DNA of 62,559 bases, counting the filler, from Basidiobolus ranarum (lineage: Eukaryota): NCBI GenBank assembly GCA_040143965.1. It is 23 parts of 23 records of this genome, joined end to end, with 100 filler letters (N's around TTAATTAATTAA, not from the genome) between each part and the next. Parts side by side here need not be neighbours in the genome. Positions count along the whole stretch, not along the records: positions 51,788 to 54,406 come from JASJQH010003137.1; positions 54,507 to 57,124 come from JASJQH010003138.1; positions 57,225 to 59,842 come from JASJQH010003139.1; positions 59,943 to 62,559 come from JASJQH010003140.1; 19 more parts are not named here. The stretch is one strand, 5' to 3'. Both the position numbers and the translations under genes were made by a program. Shown piece after piece: positions 51,949-62,559 of the stretch (position 1 is its first letter; the number at the start of each line of letters is the position of its first letter). The notes beneath the pieces were generated by a model. It made no database searches. It saw nothing but the letters and a program-made list of their open reading frames with translations, and had not been told where the DNA came from.

Positions 51949-53597
51949 TCAACTATTTATATTTCAGACTAAACTGAATTCTATCACATAAATAGGAATT
52001 TCTAGAATAAGAACTAATTGGTTGACTTCCCAAGAACAAACTGATTGAAATCTACACAGATATCGTTAAATAGAGAATGGCATTAAATGTGTCACCGGTG
52101 AATGGGTTGAATATATATTAAGGAATAAAGGGTCCGAGTAAATTAAAGAGCCAAGCGAGATACAGCTCGCCCTTTTGGTTGGCCTTGATATCTAGCTCTG
52201 ACAGATCTGGAACGTAAAGCCAATAAAATTCTACACTGTATGGGTTTATGACAAATGACGCATCCTAGCCAAGTTACATTGGGGTGAGTCTGAGAGTATG
52301 ATACTCTTTTGTCCAAAACTAACTCTTTTCCATTTGAAATTTAATATATATAAATATATTCATTGAATCTCACGACTGTATCTTGAACCAAAGATGATTT
52401 ATTTATCGGATTTCTAGAGTGCAGTTGTTTATACGCTCCAGTGGAAGATCATTGGAACAGGAGCAACTTGTCGTGCAGCGTCCATGCCAATTCCTCATTT
52501 GATGTTATCAAAGCATTACTTGATTTGACTGTAAAATGGGCCATTCAACCCCACCGGAAGTCACAGTGACTCTGTTTCGGCTTTGTAGTTGGTTGAATCC
52601 TCTAAAGATGCTGCTTTCGTATGTACTTACCAAAACAATGCTAGCAAAAGTATTCCTTGTAGGAGCTAGGGTTGGTCGCTACAAACGCAACTTAAATTTC
52701 ATAGTGAAGGTAAACAAACTGCGGAAGGAATATACCGCGGCAATGGAGTACTCAATACAGCCAAACCATCACATGATTTTACTGCAGAAGCTTCGGCCGA
52801 GGATCATTGGATTTGTAAAGAATCTAGAGGGGTTATGGTTGGATTCGATGGAGCACTAGTACGTTTGATAGGACCAAATATGCATACTCTTTCCGATAGC
52901 CCCTCTAAATTGTGTGAAAACATGCGTACAGACCTTCATAGCACTTTAGCTAGCGGATTTTCTCTTGGGGATGAATGTAGAATTCAATCGGGTCAATATG
53001 TACTACCTTTGCTATCACAGACACAATCCCATCATTAGACAGAAGCTAGAATTCAATGAATTAGCCAAACCCAATGCTAAGCATGGATATATGTTCGGCA
53101 ATATTCGGCAACTACATGCCCCGTAATTACACACACAAATACAAGCCGCTTGCGGTTTATAACTATCAAGGTCATGACTTGGCTGGGAATGAAATTATCA
53201 CATGAAAAGATCGTTCAAAATCTAGTCATAAATCAAGCCTCACAAAATGTCAAAAAATCAATGAGTGCAAATACATCTCGGACAATTGATTCCATCTCAT
53301 AATAACTAAAGCATAAGTCGATTGCCCATATAGTAACTCCACGCGTTAAATCCGCTTACAAAGACAAGTTGACCTTAAAACAATTCACGTACCTCATGTT
53401 TAAGGTTCTCTCGTAATATATATACGCACCAATAACACAGTGTAGGCTGACATACTATAGTTGAGTGTTGATTTTGCCTTGCTTTCAGGTTCGTCGATTC
53501 ACAAATCATTGTTCTTAGAGATAGCATCTGCCATGTATGACATAACCCGAGTCCATTTTAATTAAGTGAAGCTCAATGCCGAGACTGGATTTTCATC

Positions 53598-53607
53598 ATC
53601 ACGTGAT
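53598..53607. promoter_or_regulatory. Palindromic E-box ATCACGTGAT (Cbf1/bHLH-type site) upstream of PWP1
   Basis: Perfect 10-bp palindrome ~220 nt before the ATG; function is inferred only. Confidence 0.3.
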
Positions 53608-53823
53608 ATGGTTTTTTTGACCAAGAATTTGAGTGCCAATATGAAAAAAAAATAAAAAAAGGTCGTTAGAAATTATATTTTTATGGATGATCAATCAAAA
53701 AAAAAGCGACCTGATTAAAGCACTGAAGAAAAGCCAGCTTTTGTTCTAGTTAGAAAGAGCTTGCAAGCAGTCGTTTTCAACACTCTTTCTTTCCTTCTTC
53801 ACTTTTTTTATAATCACTTCACT

Positions 53824-54406
53824 ATGATTTCCGCTTTATGTTGGATTAGAAGGGGAGTTGCCAGTCAGAACCCAAAGAAGTACGATATCGATGAGAAGGA
53901 ATACGAGAGAATCCAAGCCCTAGCTGCTGAAGAGTTGGCACGTGCTCAAGGTGAGCTCGATGAGGCTCAAGAAGAATCTGGTTCTCAGGAGGAAGACGCT
54001 GAGAAGGATGCTGTCGTTGACCCAGAATTAGCAGAATATGATCTTGAGAATTATGATACCCCTGCCCCCGAGGAAGAGGAGGGAGAGGAGCAAGATGTCT
54101 CCATTTTTGGTAAAGTTAAGGGATTAACTTACTACAATTCCAACAAGGAGGACCCTTATATTACCATTAACGATGACGAAGATTCGGAGAAGGAAGAATT
54201 AGAGATTTTGGCCAGTGATAACCTTTTGCTCGCTGCTAAGACTGAAGATGATATCAGTCATATGGAGGTATATGTTTATGAAGAGGACGAAGACAACCTT
54301 TACGTTCATCATGATATCATGCTACCCTCCTTCCCTTTGTGTTTGGAGTGGCTTGACTTCAAGGTAGGTAAGCAACCTGGTGAAGGTTCTGGTAACTTTC
54401 TTGCCG
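53824..54406 (+). CDS. PWP1: Periodic tryptophan protein 1 (ribosome biogenesis WD40 protein), 3' truncated
   Basis: MISALCWIRRG..DPYIT..DNLLLAAKTEDDISHMEVYVYE..NLYVHHDIMLPSFPLCLEWL. Confidence 0.95.
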
Positions 54407-54506
54407 NNNNNNNNNNNNNNNNNNNNNNNNNNNNNNNNNNNNNNNNNNNNTTAATTAATTAANNNNNNNNNNNNNNNNNNNNNNNNNNNNNNNNNNNNNN
54501 NNNNNN

Positions 54507-54620
54507 GGAAGAAGGGGTGGAAGAGGAGGTGCAAAGAAGCCTAGTGGTGGTGGTGGTTTCTTCAGTAACCTCTTTGCAGGTGACCCAATTGTGCCCTACC
54601 TAAGCAGCCCCCACACATAG
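54507..54620 (+). CDS. C-terminus of a Gly-rich protein, probable upstream paralogue of the tandem family (5' truncated)
   Basis: GRRGGRGGAKKPSGGGGFFSNLFAGDPIVPYLSSPHT*; it and its 3' flank are homologous to 55945-56220. Confidence 0.65.
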   Translation, partial: GRRGGRGGAKKPSGGGGFFSNLFAGDPIVPYLSSPHT

Positions 54621-55278
54621 TCATATAGACCCAGATGGCAATTCAGAAACTTCCACTTTAATTCCATATATTGTTTCCTTTTGATGATAAATAAATTGGA
54701 ATCAATATTTAAGATTTATCGTATAGGAAAGAAAATATTAAATCCATCATTCTTGTAGATTCAGGTTTTTCGTGATCTACTTCTTCAATAGGATATATCC
54801 TACAATTATTGAAAATTTAAGTGGTATATGCTGATGATTGAAACCCACGATTAGTAGCTTACTCAAGGGCTATGATCATCTAACGAAACTATGTAACTTA
54901 TGAACACAAGTGTGGATGCCAACAAATCAATTCACCCGGCTATAAAGTAGAAAGTGTTAGGTAAGTACATATTCATGTATTACTATCAGTATTTGAAGAT
55001 CTTTACATATTTGCGTCCTAAATTTCTGATATTCGTATACAAGATAGGTTCATTAAAGCGTTTCACCCTTATATCCATCAGTGTTTACGAAACAATGTGG
55101 CAGATGCTTGTATATATGATACCCTAAGCGAGCCAATACTCAGCATAATTTTCATGACATTCCAGCCTACATGGTTGCTTATAAATAGAGATATCTGCGC
55201 ACAGAGCTATTCAGCTATTGTGGAATTACCATTAGCCATCCATCACCCTACTGTCACTCCCATCCCTCTCACACTATA

Positions 55279-55782
55279 ATGAAGAACCTCATCTGCTTGG
55301 TACTTAGTGTTGCTGCTTTGAAAATTGTCTCGGCTGCGCCCAATCCCGAGCCAATTTACTTTGATGGGGATGGTAGCGGTGGTGACCTTCTAGGACATGA
55401 CGACTGGAACGGTGATCGCAACTGGAATGGTAAAAGGCCTCTTCTTATTAGTCATGGCGATTGGAGCGGTGGCCGCGATTGGAATGGTAAAAGGCCTCTT
55501 CTTCTCAGTCATGGTGATTGGAATGGAGGTCGTGACTGGAATGGTAAAAGACCTGACGGCCCTCTTGGTCTTGGTGATTGGAACGGTGGCGACGACTGGA
55601 ATGGTAAAAGGCCCATTCTTATCAGTCATGACAATTGGAGAGATAATCGCGACTGGAATGGAAAAAGACCTGCTCTTATTAGTCATGATCGTTGGAACGA
55701 CGATGATGACTGGAATGGTAAAAGACCTGCTCCTATTGACCTTAGTGATCATGACAATTGGGATGAGAGTGATAGCGATTAA
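55279..55782 (+). CDS. Secreted repeat protein, candidate KEX2-processed multi-peptide precursor, 167 aa
   Basis: Signal peptide, AP-NP-EP dipeptides, six units of 19-20 aa ending WNGKR, acidic tail. Confidence 0.88.
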   Translation: MKNLICLVLSVAALKIVSAAPNPEPIYFDGDGSGGDLLGHDDWNGDRNWNGKRPLLISHGDWSGGRDWNGKRPLLLSHGDWNGGRDWNGKRPDGPLGLGDWNGGDDWNGKRPILISHDNWRDNRDWNGKRPALISHDRWNDDDDWNGKRPAPIDLSDHDNWDESDSD

Positions 55783-55944
55783 TGTGTTGCAGTTATCAGA
55801 GAAATTGGTCCATCTTGATAAAATGAAGACATGTGGTAATAAAAAACTTCAATTATTCAGGAATAAGGTTAATGTCGTATTGTTATTTTGCTCAGCATGA
55901 TATCAGCCTTTAAGCTCGCTGAAGAGTTAGTATAATTGGCACCG

Positions 55945-56067
55945 ATGTTTATTTACGGTGGAGGTGGAGGTGGTGGTGAAAGAAGAGTGGTAGCAGCGGC
56001 GGCAGTTACTGGTGTAACCTCTTTACATGTGGGATCATTTTTACCCTACCTTAGTACACTCCCATAA
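55945..56067 (+). pseudogene. Frameshifted relic of the family's Gly-rich C-terminal tail
   Basis: KKSGSSGGSYWCNLF in one frame and PYLSTLP* in another match KKPSGGGGFFSNLF..PYLSSPHT* at 54507-54620. Confidence 0.65.
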
Positions 56068-56779
56068 TTAGCCATGCAAAACCAGATGGTATTTCAGAAA
56101 CTGCTCTTAATTCCATTAACTGATCCCTTCTGATGATAAATAAACTGGAATCAATACTTTAATTTCATCACATAGTAATACATATACTAAATCCAACATT
56201 CTCATGTAGGTGATTTTTTTATCTACTTCTTTAATCTCTCTTAATAGGATTGTGATTATAGGGGAATTTTGTTAATGTTTGGAATACATGATCACTAATC
56301 TACCCAAGGACTTCAATCATCAAACACAACGGTATAGCTGATAGATTCGTCATATGTCTTCAGTATGAGCCAGATCGCCTCCATATGACCATATCCCAAA
56401 TTTCAGTGAGGGAGATTAGGTTACAAACCAATAAATTCATCTGATTACGAAATAAAAATAATTTAAAGTACATATTTATGTATTACTACAAGTACTTGAA
56501 GATCTCTACGTAATTGTATCCTAAAATCCTGACATTTGTACACGAGATTGGTTAACTAAGGCGTTTCACCCTTATAGCCATGAGTGTTTACGAAACAATG
56601 TGGCAGATGATTGTATCTATCATACTCCAAGTGAGCCTATTCAGCATAATCTTCTTGGCATTCGAATCTACATGGTTGTTGATAAATAGAAAGATTTGCG
56701 TATAGGGCTGTTTAGCTGTTGTGGAATTACCATTAGCCATCTATCACTTTACTTTAGCTTCCATCCCTTTCACACTGTA

Positions 56780-57124
56780 ATGAAGAACCTCATCTGCTTG
56801 GTACTTAGTGTTACTGCCTTGAAAATTGTCTCGGCTGCCCCCAATCCCGAGCCAATTTTCTTTGGCGGTGGTAAAGGTGGTTTACTTGGGGGACTGCTAG
56901 GTGGTGGTGGTGGTAGCGATGGCGGAAGTGGTAACGATGGCGGAGGTGATAATGGTAGTAACACAGATGGAGGCAATGGTCAAACTATAGTTGTACTTGG
57001 AGGCGGTCTTGGTGGTCCCGGTAGTTGGAATGGCAAAGGTCCTGGTGGTCCCGGTGGTTGGAATGGTAAAGGGCCTGGTGGTCCCGGTGGTTGGAATGGT
57101 AAAGGGCCTGGAGGTCCCGGTGGT
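56780..57124 (+). CDS. Secreted Gly-rich paralogue with (WNGKGPGGPGG)n repeats (3' truncated)
   Basis: First 26 aa nearly identical to the 55279 gene; three 33-nt repeats at 57026-57124; upstream region duplicated. Confidence 0.88.
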
Positions 57125-57224
57125 NNNNNNNNNNNNNNNNNNNNNNNNNNNNNNNNNNNNNNNNNNNNTTAATTAATTAANNNNNNNNNNNNNNNNNNNN
57201 NNNNNNNNNNNNNNNNNNNNNNNN

Positions 57225-57468
57225 CGCTTTGGCCAAATGTATTGAAGAGGGAGTGAACCATATGTGGACTGTGTCAGCCATTCAACTTCACCGTTCAGCC
57301 CTTATTGTCTGTGACGAGGATGCTACTCATGAGCTCCACGTCAAGACAGTGAAGTACTTCAAGTCTATTGAACAAGTTCACGAGCAACTCATCGGTAAAG
57401 AGAATATCGACCTTAAGGGTTCTGTTAAACACTTTGACGCCGCTAGCTTCCAAGCCAAGGCTCTCTAA
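57225..57468 (+). CDS. NAG1: Glucosamine-6-phosphate deaminase, C-terminus (5' truncated)
   Basis: [45 protein letters not shown]. Confidence 0.93.
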
Positions 57469-57928
57469 ATAATTACCTATCCGATTGTTCTTACTCTATT
57501 TAAATAGAAAAGGTGGACCTTGATCAACGGTAAATGTTAACGTTGTTCTGTCAGGTGGAAAAGGAAAAATTCTACTTGTTTATGTATATTTCAACCATCT
57601 CCTTCATTCCTTGTTTACTTTTAATGAGAAATAAATAATGAAAACCACTTCATTTGAATTTATATTTATATAACGTTCATAAAGTTTAATGAGGTTAATT
57701 TTTACTGGTACTCTAGATACCCTTTATGGGAGAAACTCCGAAGGATATTTAGGCAATTTGAGGTAGTAATATACATCACAATGGGTGAGACGTATCCATT
57801 CAAAGCTTGTACGAATAAAGGGTGTATTTTCAACCAAAAAATAGCAGAGATGATTAAATTGGTGGCTATTATTACATTAAATTAGTTGATTGGTAACTGT
57901 TAGGGGAGGGGGGGAGCAACAACCTAAC

Positions 57929-58866
57929 CTAACGAGTTTGGGAAAACCAAGAAGGGTGGAAGTTCTTAACAGAACCTTTGATATCAATAAATTGTGGTCC
58001 TATCAATTTATGTTGAACTTCTTCAATACTATTAAAATATTTGACTGTCTTGACGTGCAATTCTTGAGTGGCGTCTTCATCGCAGACTATCAAAGCAGAA
58101 GGATGAAGTTGAATACATGATACCGTCCACATATGATTCACTCCTTCTTCAATACATTTGGCCAACGCAAGGGCCTTATGTTGTCCAGTAATGATAAGAC
58201 AAACCTCACGTGCTGACATGACAGTAGCAACACCAACTGTTAAGGCAAGCTTGGGAACTTTATGAAGGTCGCCATCAAAGAACCGTACGTTAGCAAGGAT
58301 TGTCTCGTAAGCAAGTGTTTTAACACGAGTGCCAGAGTGAAGTGAAGAGCCGGGTTCATTAAAAGCTATATGTCCATCTGGACCAACACCACCCAAAAAC
58401 AATTCGATTCCACCCACTGCTTGGATTTTATCCTCATAACGTTGACATTCTTCGTGAGGATTACTAGCATTTCCGTCTAGCATATTTACATTCTCGGGTT
58501 TGATGTTAATGTGTTTGAAGAAATGAACCCACATAAACGTATGATAACTTTCTGAGTGCTCTTTAGGTAAGCCAACATATTCGTCCATATTGAAAGTAAT
58601 AACATGCTCAAAAGAAAGCTCCCCTTTTCGATTGAACTCTATAAGGTAACAGTAGACCCCTATAGGACTAGACCCTGCTGGGAGTCCCAATACAAAGGGT
58701 CGGTCGAGACTAGGTTTAAACAGATTTATACGCTGTTTAATATAATTCGCTAGATGAGGTTATGAACAATTAGGAATGCAGAAAAGTATATGACTCGATA
58801 TAGGAAAGGAAACTTACCGACATAATAGCTCACTTTGTCGAAGTCTTTACGGATGACAAGTCTCAT
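57929..58866 (-). CDS. NAG1: Glucosamine-6-phosphate deaminase, second copy, 289 aa; exons 58866-58818 and 58749-57929
   Basis: MRLVIR start; GT-AG intron at 58817-58750; FNMDEY and [12 protein letters not shown] motifs. Confidence 0.95.
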
Positions 58867-59605
58867 GGTTGAAAATAACCAAATAGAAAGATGAAAAAAT
58901 TCAATTAGTGGTGGATGAATAGGTGGGTGGTAAATAGTAGCTTGAATATTACAGAAAATTTGAATTCTTGACTTGATTGTACAATGATAGTCATTGAATA
59001 ATCCGGTAACTTAACTATAAGACTTGAATAATTGTGACAGTAATTTATCCAATTATGTACAATCTCATCGAATAAAATTACCCGACCTCTCGAACCAGTT
59101 CATGAAGAGCATTACTTGTTTTCGTAAGATTATCCAATCATAATCGAGTACGGTAACGTGGACTCAACAAGCCATATGCATTATTAAATAAGGGACTTCC
59201 TTTTAGCGCTAATATTTTACAGTGGAGTATCAATGGTTTCCGGAATACAGTTGAGCCCACCAATGAAGACTCATTACGGTTGCCAATAAGATTGCCAGAG
59301 AAATGGTAAGAATGAGCCAGGTGTGATGACATATATGGAAGAAGCTTTGTCACCATTAATAAAGAGTGAATAGGGTAATCCCCGGTATTATTTCGGTCTG
59401 AAAAGTGAAGGAAATATACTGGGTCAATATTGGACCTCCGACGAAGACACATCGAGGGTATACAATTAATTATTGAATAAAATGATCAATTTATTCACTA
59501 TGATATTAATATAATTACAATGAGAGTTGGGAGGTGAAATCTAAGGGTATTTTGCTATGTACTGATAACGATAAGAAAAAGTTAAACTTTTTTTGAGGAT
59601 AAACT

Positions 59606-59842
59606 CTAGTTTGTCACGACTTCTTCACCGGCAACAAAGACACGCTTGACATTCAGATCGTCATCAAGGAACAAGAAATCAGCATCAGCACCAGCATTGA
59701 ATGTTCCCTTCTTATGTGTGATGTTAAGTGCCTCAGCTGGGCGGAGGGTGGCCGCTTCAATAGCCTCGACAATCGAACATCCTGTAAACTTACGGAAGTT
59801 CTTGACGCACTCATCCATCGTGATCACAGACCCAGCGAGGAT
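59606..59842 (-). CDS. DAC1: N-acetylglucosamine-6-phosphate deacetylase, C-terminus (5' truncated)
   Basis: LAGSVITMDECVKNF..AATLRPAEALNI..KGTFNAGADADFLFLD. Confidence 0.9.
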   Translation of the reverse strand: MLAGSVITMDECVKNFRKFTGCSIVEAIEAATLRPAEALNITHKKGTFNAGADADFLFLDDDLNVKRVFVAGEEVVTN

Positions 59843-60105
59843 NNNNNNNNNNNNNNNNNNNNNNNNNNNNNNNNNNNNNNNNNNNNTTAATTAATTAANN
59901 NNNNNNNNNNNNNNNNNNNNNNNNNNNNNNNNNNNNNNNNNNAACTGATGTTTCTAATTTCTTACACAAGGGTGAAGGGCGGAAGGGGGAAGAAAGGGGT
60001 AAAAATTGAACCAAGTTTAAATAAGAATAGAAGACTACTATATACACTACATGTACTGTGCCAAGTGTTTAAAACACTGGGACAACACTTTCCAAAGTAT
60101 GTAAC

Positions 60106-60761
60106 TCAGAATTCGTTGGTGTGCTGTTGGTAGGTTGTCTGACCTGTATAGTAGTTTGGTGGGTACTGAGCATGTTGAAGATGTTGTTGCGTTGGATCTT
60201 GGGTTTGCTGGAAGAGTACGTTGGAAGGCTCACCACCTTCATCTTCCTTGTAACCACCACTGGTTTTATCCACTTTGATGGTCTATAAGGGATGAATAGA
60301 ACCAAATTAAATAATCATGATAACAAAGATCTTAAGTCAACCAAATAGTATTTGCTTACTTCACGATATTTGCCCAAATATATCTTCAATACTTCAGCGT
60401 AGTTTTCAAAACCGAGTGACTGCATCGCCCAAAGGATATCCTCACCGTTGATAGTTTTCCTTTTTTCTTGTATACAACGGTCGCTAGCTGTTCAAAAGAG
60501 TCATAAAGTTAAGGATTTTGAGATGGGTTAGGGTTTGGATAAATTGGTCTTCTCTTTCTAAGGTATAATAAAAGGATATTCGCTAGTGATGAAGGAAATG
60601 AACTCTGATACACACTCTTGAATAGTTTCCTTCGCTTCTTTGGCAATCTTTGCGTTATCTGGGAGACTACGCTTCATGATGCGCGCAACGTTTGCAATAG
60701 GTAAGAGACGATCTTGCTCTCTAATATCTTCAAGATCGTCAAGTTGATTATCTCCGGACAT
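60106..60761 (-). CDS. HAP3: CCAAT-binding factor subunit HAP3/NF-YB, 162 aa; exons 60761-60580, 60489-60360, 60282-60106
   Basis: [57 protein letters not shown]; intron 1 is AT-AC, intron 2 is GT-AG. Confidence 0.95.
60490..60579 (-). other. U12-type (minor spliceosome) AT-AC intron, 90 nt
   Basis: 5' site ATATCCTTT, branch TCCTTAAC (60515-60508), 3' end AC; splicing restores the conserved ITSEASD. Confidence 0.92.
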
Positions 60762-62559
60762 GATAAGGAAAAGGACTTTTAAACGGGACTTATAGAGTGG
60801 ATGAGATGTAGAGTGAAACTAAAAGATAATACTACACGAACGCGTACTAGTTGAAGTTAACTCTTTTGACAAGTTGAGTAGAATGGAAAGAGACGCGCTT
60901 ATTGAACAATCTAGATCCTGAATAAAAGTGATTTATGAGAATCATCAATCTAATCAGGTGGTCAACTAACTTAAACAATCCCATACTGATCTTAAATAGA
61001 TCTTAACTCAGTCAACCAACCATCTATCATGAAATGTTTATGATGAATAAATTGATTCCCAAAAATAAGCACACCACCCGAGATAAAAATAGTTCTTGCT
61101 AATATGAAAATTAGGGTTTTCCATTGAAGTAGCTATATTCCCTTCACTTGTGATGACTATCGAGCTATCACCCAACTGTTGACCAGATATACGTGTCATG
61201 CAGGATGTTTCTTGGTCGACTACGTGCCTGTACGAAAAGTAACTCTAAATAGACCAAATATCATCCTAATTACGAAAGAGTTCAAAGGATACAAGTGCAG
61301 ATACAACTGACCACTGACTGTTTACTTAGTGCTTCAATTAAAAAGTAGTGGCGAAACAAAAGGCCACACAGTAGTTGCGTATCTTGATAACTTTCTACTC
61401 TTCGCTCCATGTACATATGTAATTATCCAGAATGGAAATCATCGTAATGCAAGTGGCTAAGACAATTAGGAGAGAATTTCCATAAGGAATGTGCTACGTT
61501 CTCTATAGTTTCTACTCTCTTTGCCCATATCAAAAGTAGATTCCACCCCAAAGGTGACTATGAGCGGTGTACTAGTTCTAGTTCCCCTGTAAGAACTTTA
61601 GTTTGGCAAGTGATTTGAAATACAATCAGAGTCAGAGAAAACCTCGTATTTCTGTAGAATGTAACTTTAACTAGAACATCCCTATATTGGTTGCTAAAGG
61701 AGGCGTATTCTGTAAAGGACCAATCTACGGAATACATCTTCCTCGCCTCCAAATTAAACAGTGCCACTATCAAGGTTATGAGCTACATAAATCTCAACGG
61801 TAGCAATGAAAAAGAAAGCTTTTGCACTATTGGTTAGTTACAGTACTATGACGCGAGGATGCTGGAGATTCTCTCGAGTATTTGCAGAAGTTACTCTGTC
61901 GATCACAATCATAGTTCCAGTTGATGTATGGACAATGTCATGTCCGATTACTAGGCTACGATTGGACTAATGGACTAGTCAAATGACGGTTCATTTATTG
62001 TTTGCGTTGTCACTTTCCACAATAGAAATGTTATTGCACGGGGCAATATTTACAAATTCCGATCGCCTTCCTTGTGCTTGGCACTAGTCTGTAGAGATTA
62101 ATATATGCGTAGTCGGTTTCAAAGGTAGGAACTAACCGCTTGGTATTACATGTGAGGTCACTGCCTTCGCATCTGTGAATCTCACCATAGTTGGCTCAAT
62201 AATGAGCTCACCATTCAGGCCTTCATGTGGTTATCATTCACGGTGTTACAAACACTTCTATCTCGACATCACTAAGCGTAGGCATTCGCTCCCAACAACC
62301 CCCAGCTATTCGACCATCTCTGTCATGAACCAGCCAAGACTTTGGCATCGACTCGGCCTCACACGGGGTGGTTTCAACAGTTAAACTGCTGCAAAGTTGC
62401 ACGGATGCTTATACTCGGTTTCTAATTCTGTTGCCTCATGTTTTTGAGGCGCAGAGCCCAACATCGGTTTAATCATATCCTCTCTCTAACCATCGCAGAT
62501 CACAGATTCAATCGACAATGATTCTTCATTCCTTATCAATATCAGGGATTGACGCTAGC

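Noticed and set aside
55400-55730. GDWNG as FG-GAP/VCBS calcium-blade repeats
   Set aside because: The units lack the DxNxDG..D pattern and the flanking beta-strands, and 19 aa is too short for a propeller blade.
55390-55900. Overlapping ORFs 55390-55752 (minus) and 55397-55900 (plus)
   Set aside because: Shadow frames of the repeat gene; only the 55279 frame has a signal peptide shared with the paralogue.
54507-59842. Repeat-peptide genes plus GlcNAc genes (or the subtilisin and TauD genes elsewhere) as one biosynthetic cluster
   Set aside because: They are separated by artificial spacers, so there is no evidence of linkage.
60558-60761. HAP3 as a truncated 67-aa pseudogene
   Set aside because: The apparent stop lies inside the AT-AC intron; the spliced frame is complete.
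60900-62559. Genes in this and other CpG-normal stretches (17100-18300, 23300-24463, 25500-27188, 52000-53500)
   Set aside because: Only short ORFs, mostly non-ATG, with no motifs I recognise; no tRNA or rRNA signatures seen.

Overview
This is eukaryotic DNA from an AT-rich fungus, probably an early-diverging (non-Dikarya) lineage (inference from the gene families, short spliceosomal introns and a U12-type intron). It is not one locus. It is 23 small contigs (2633 down to 2617 bp, sorted by size) joined by 22 artificial 100-nt spacers (N44-TTAATTAATTAA-N44), so only adjacency within a contig is meaningful. Roughly half the contigs are transposon debris: a CMC/EnSpm (CACTA-type) DNA transposon family, a Ty1/copia family with ~347-bp LTRs and a half-tRNAiMet primer site, and a chromodomain Ty3/gypsy family, all nested and CpG-depleted. 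The rest carry host genes: bZIP, HSF-like and HAP3/NF-YB transcription factors, an AN1 zinc finger, a subtilisin, a TauD-type dioxygenase, PWP1, histone H3, two catalase ends, a 10-exon BtuF/TroA-like binding protein, a GlcNAc-catabolism cluster and several small secreted proteins. Most notable: (1) a tandem family of secreted repeat proteins, one of which looks like a multi-copy peptide precursor with six WN-G-KR units; (2) an AT-AC minor-spliceosome intron in HAP3; (3) a group XII phospholipase A2 homologue lacking its catalytic His-Asp; (4) a bacterial-type B12/metal-binding gene between two catalase genes; (5) direct evidence of CpG-targeted hypermutation of transposons. Exon structures and alignments were read by eye; no searches were run.
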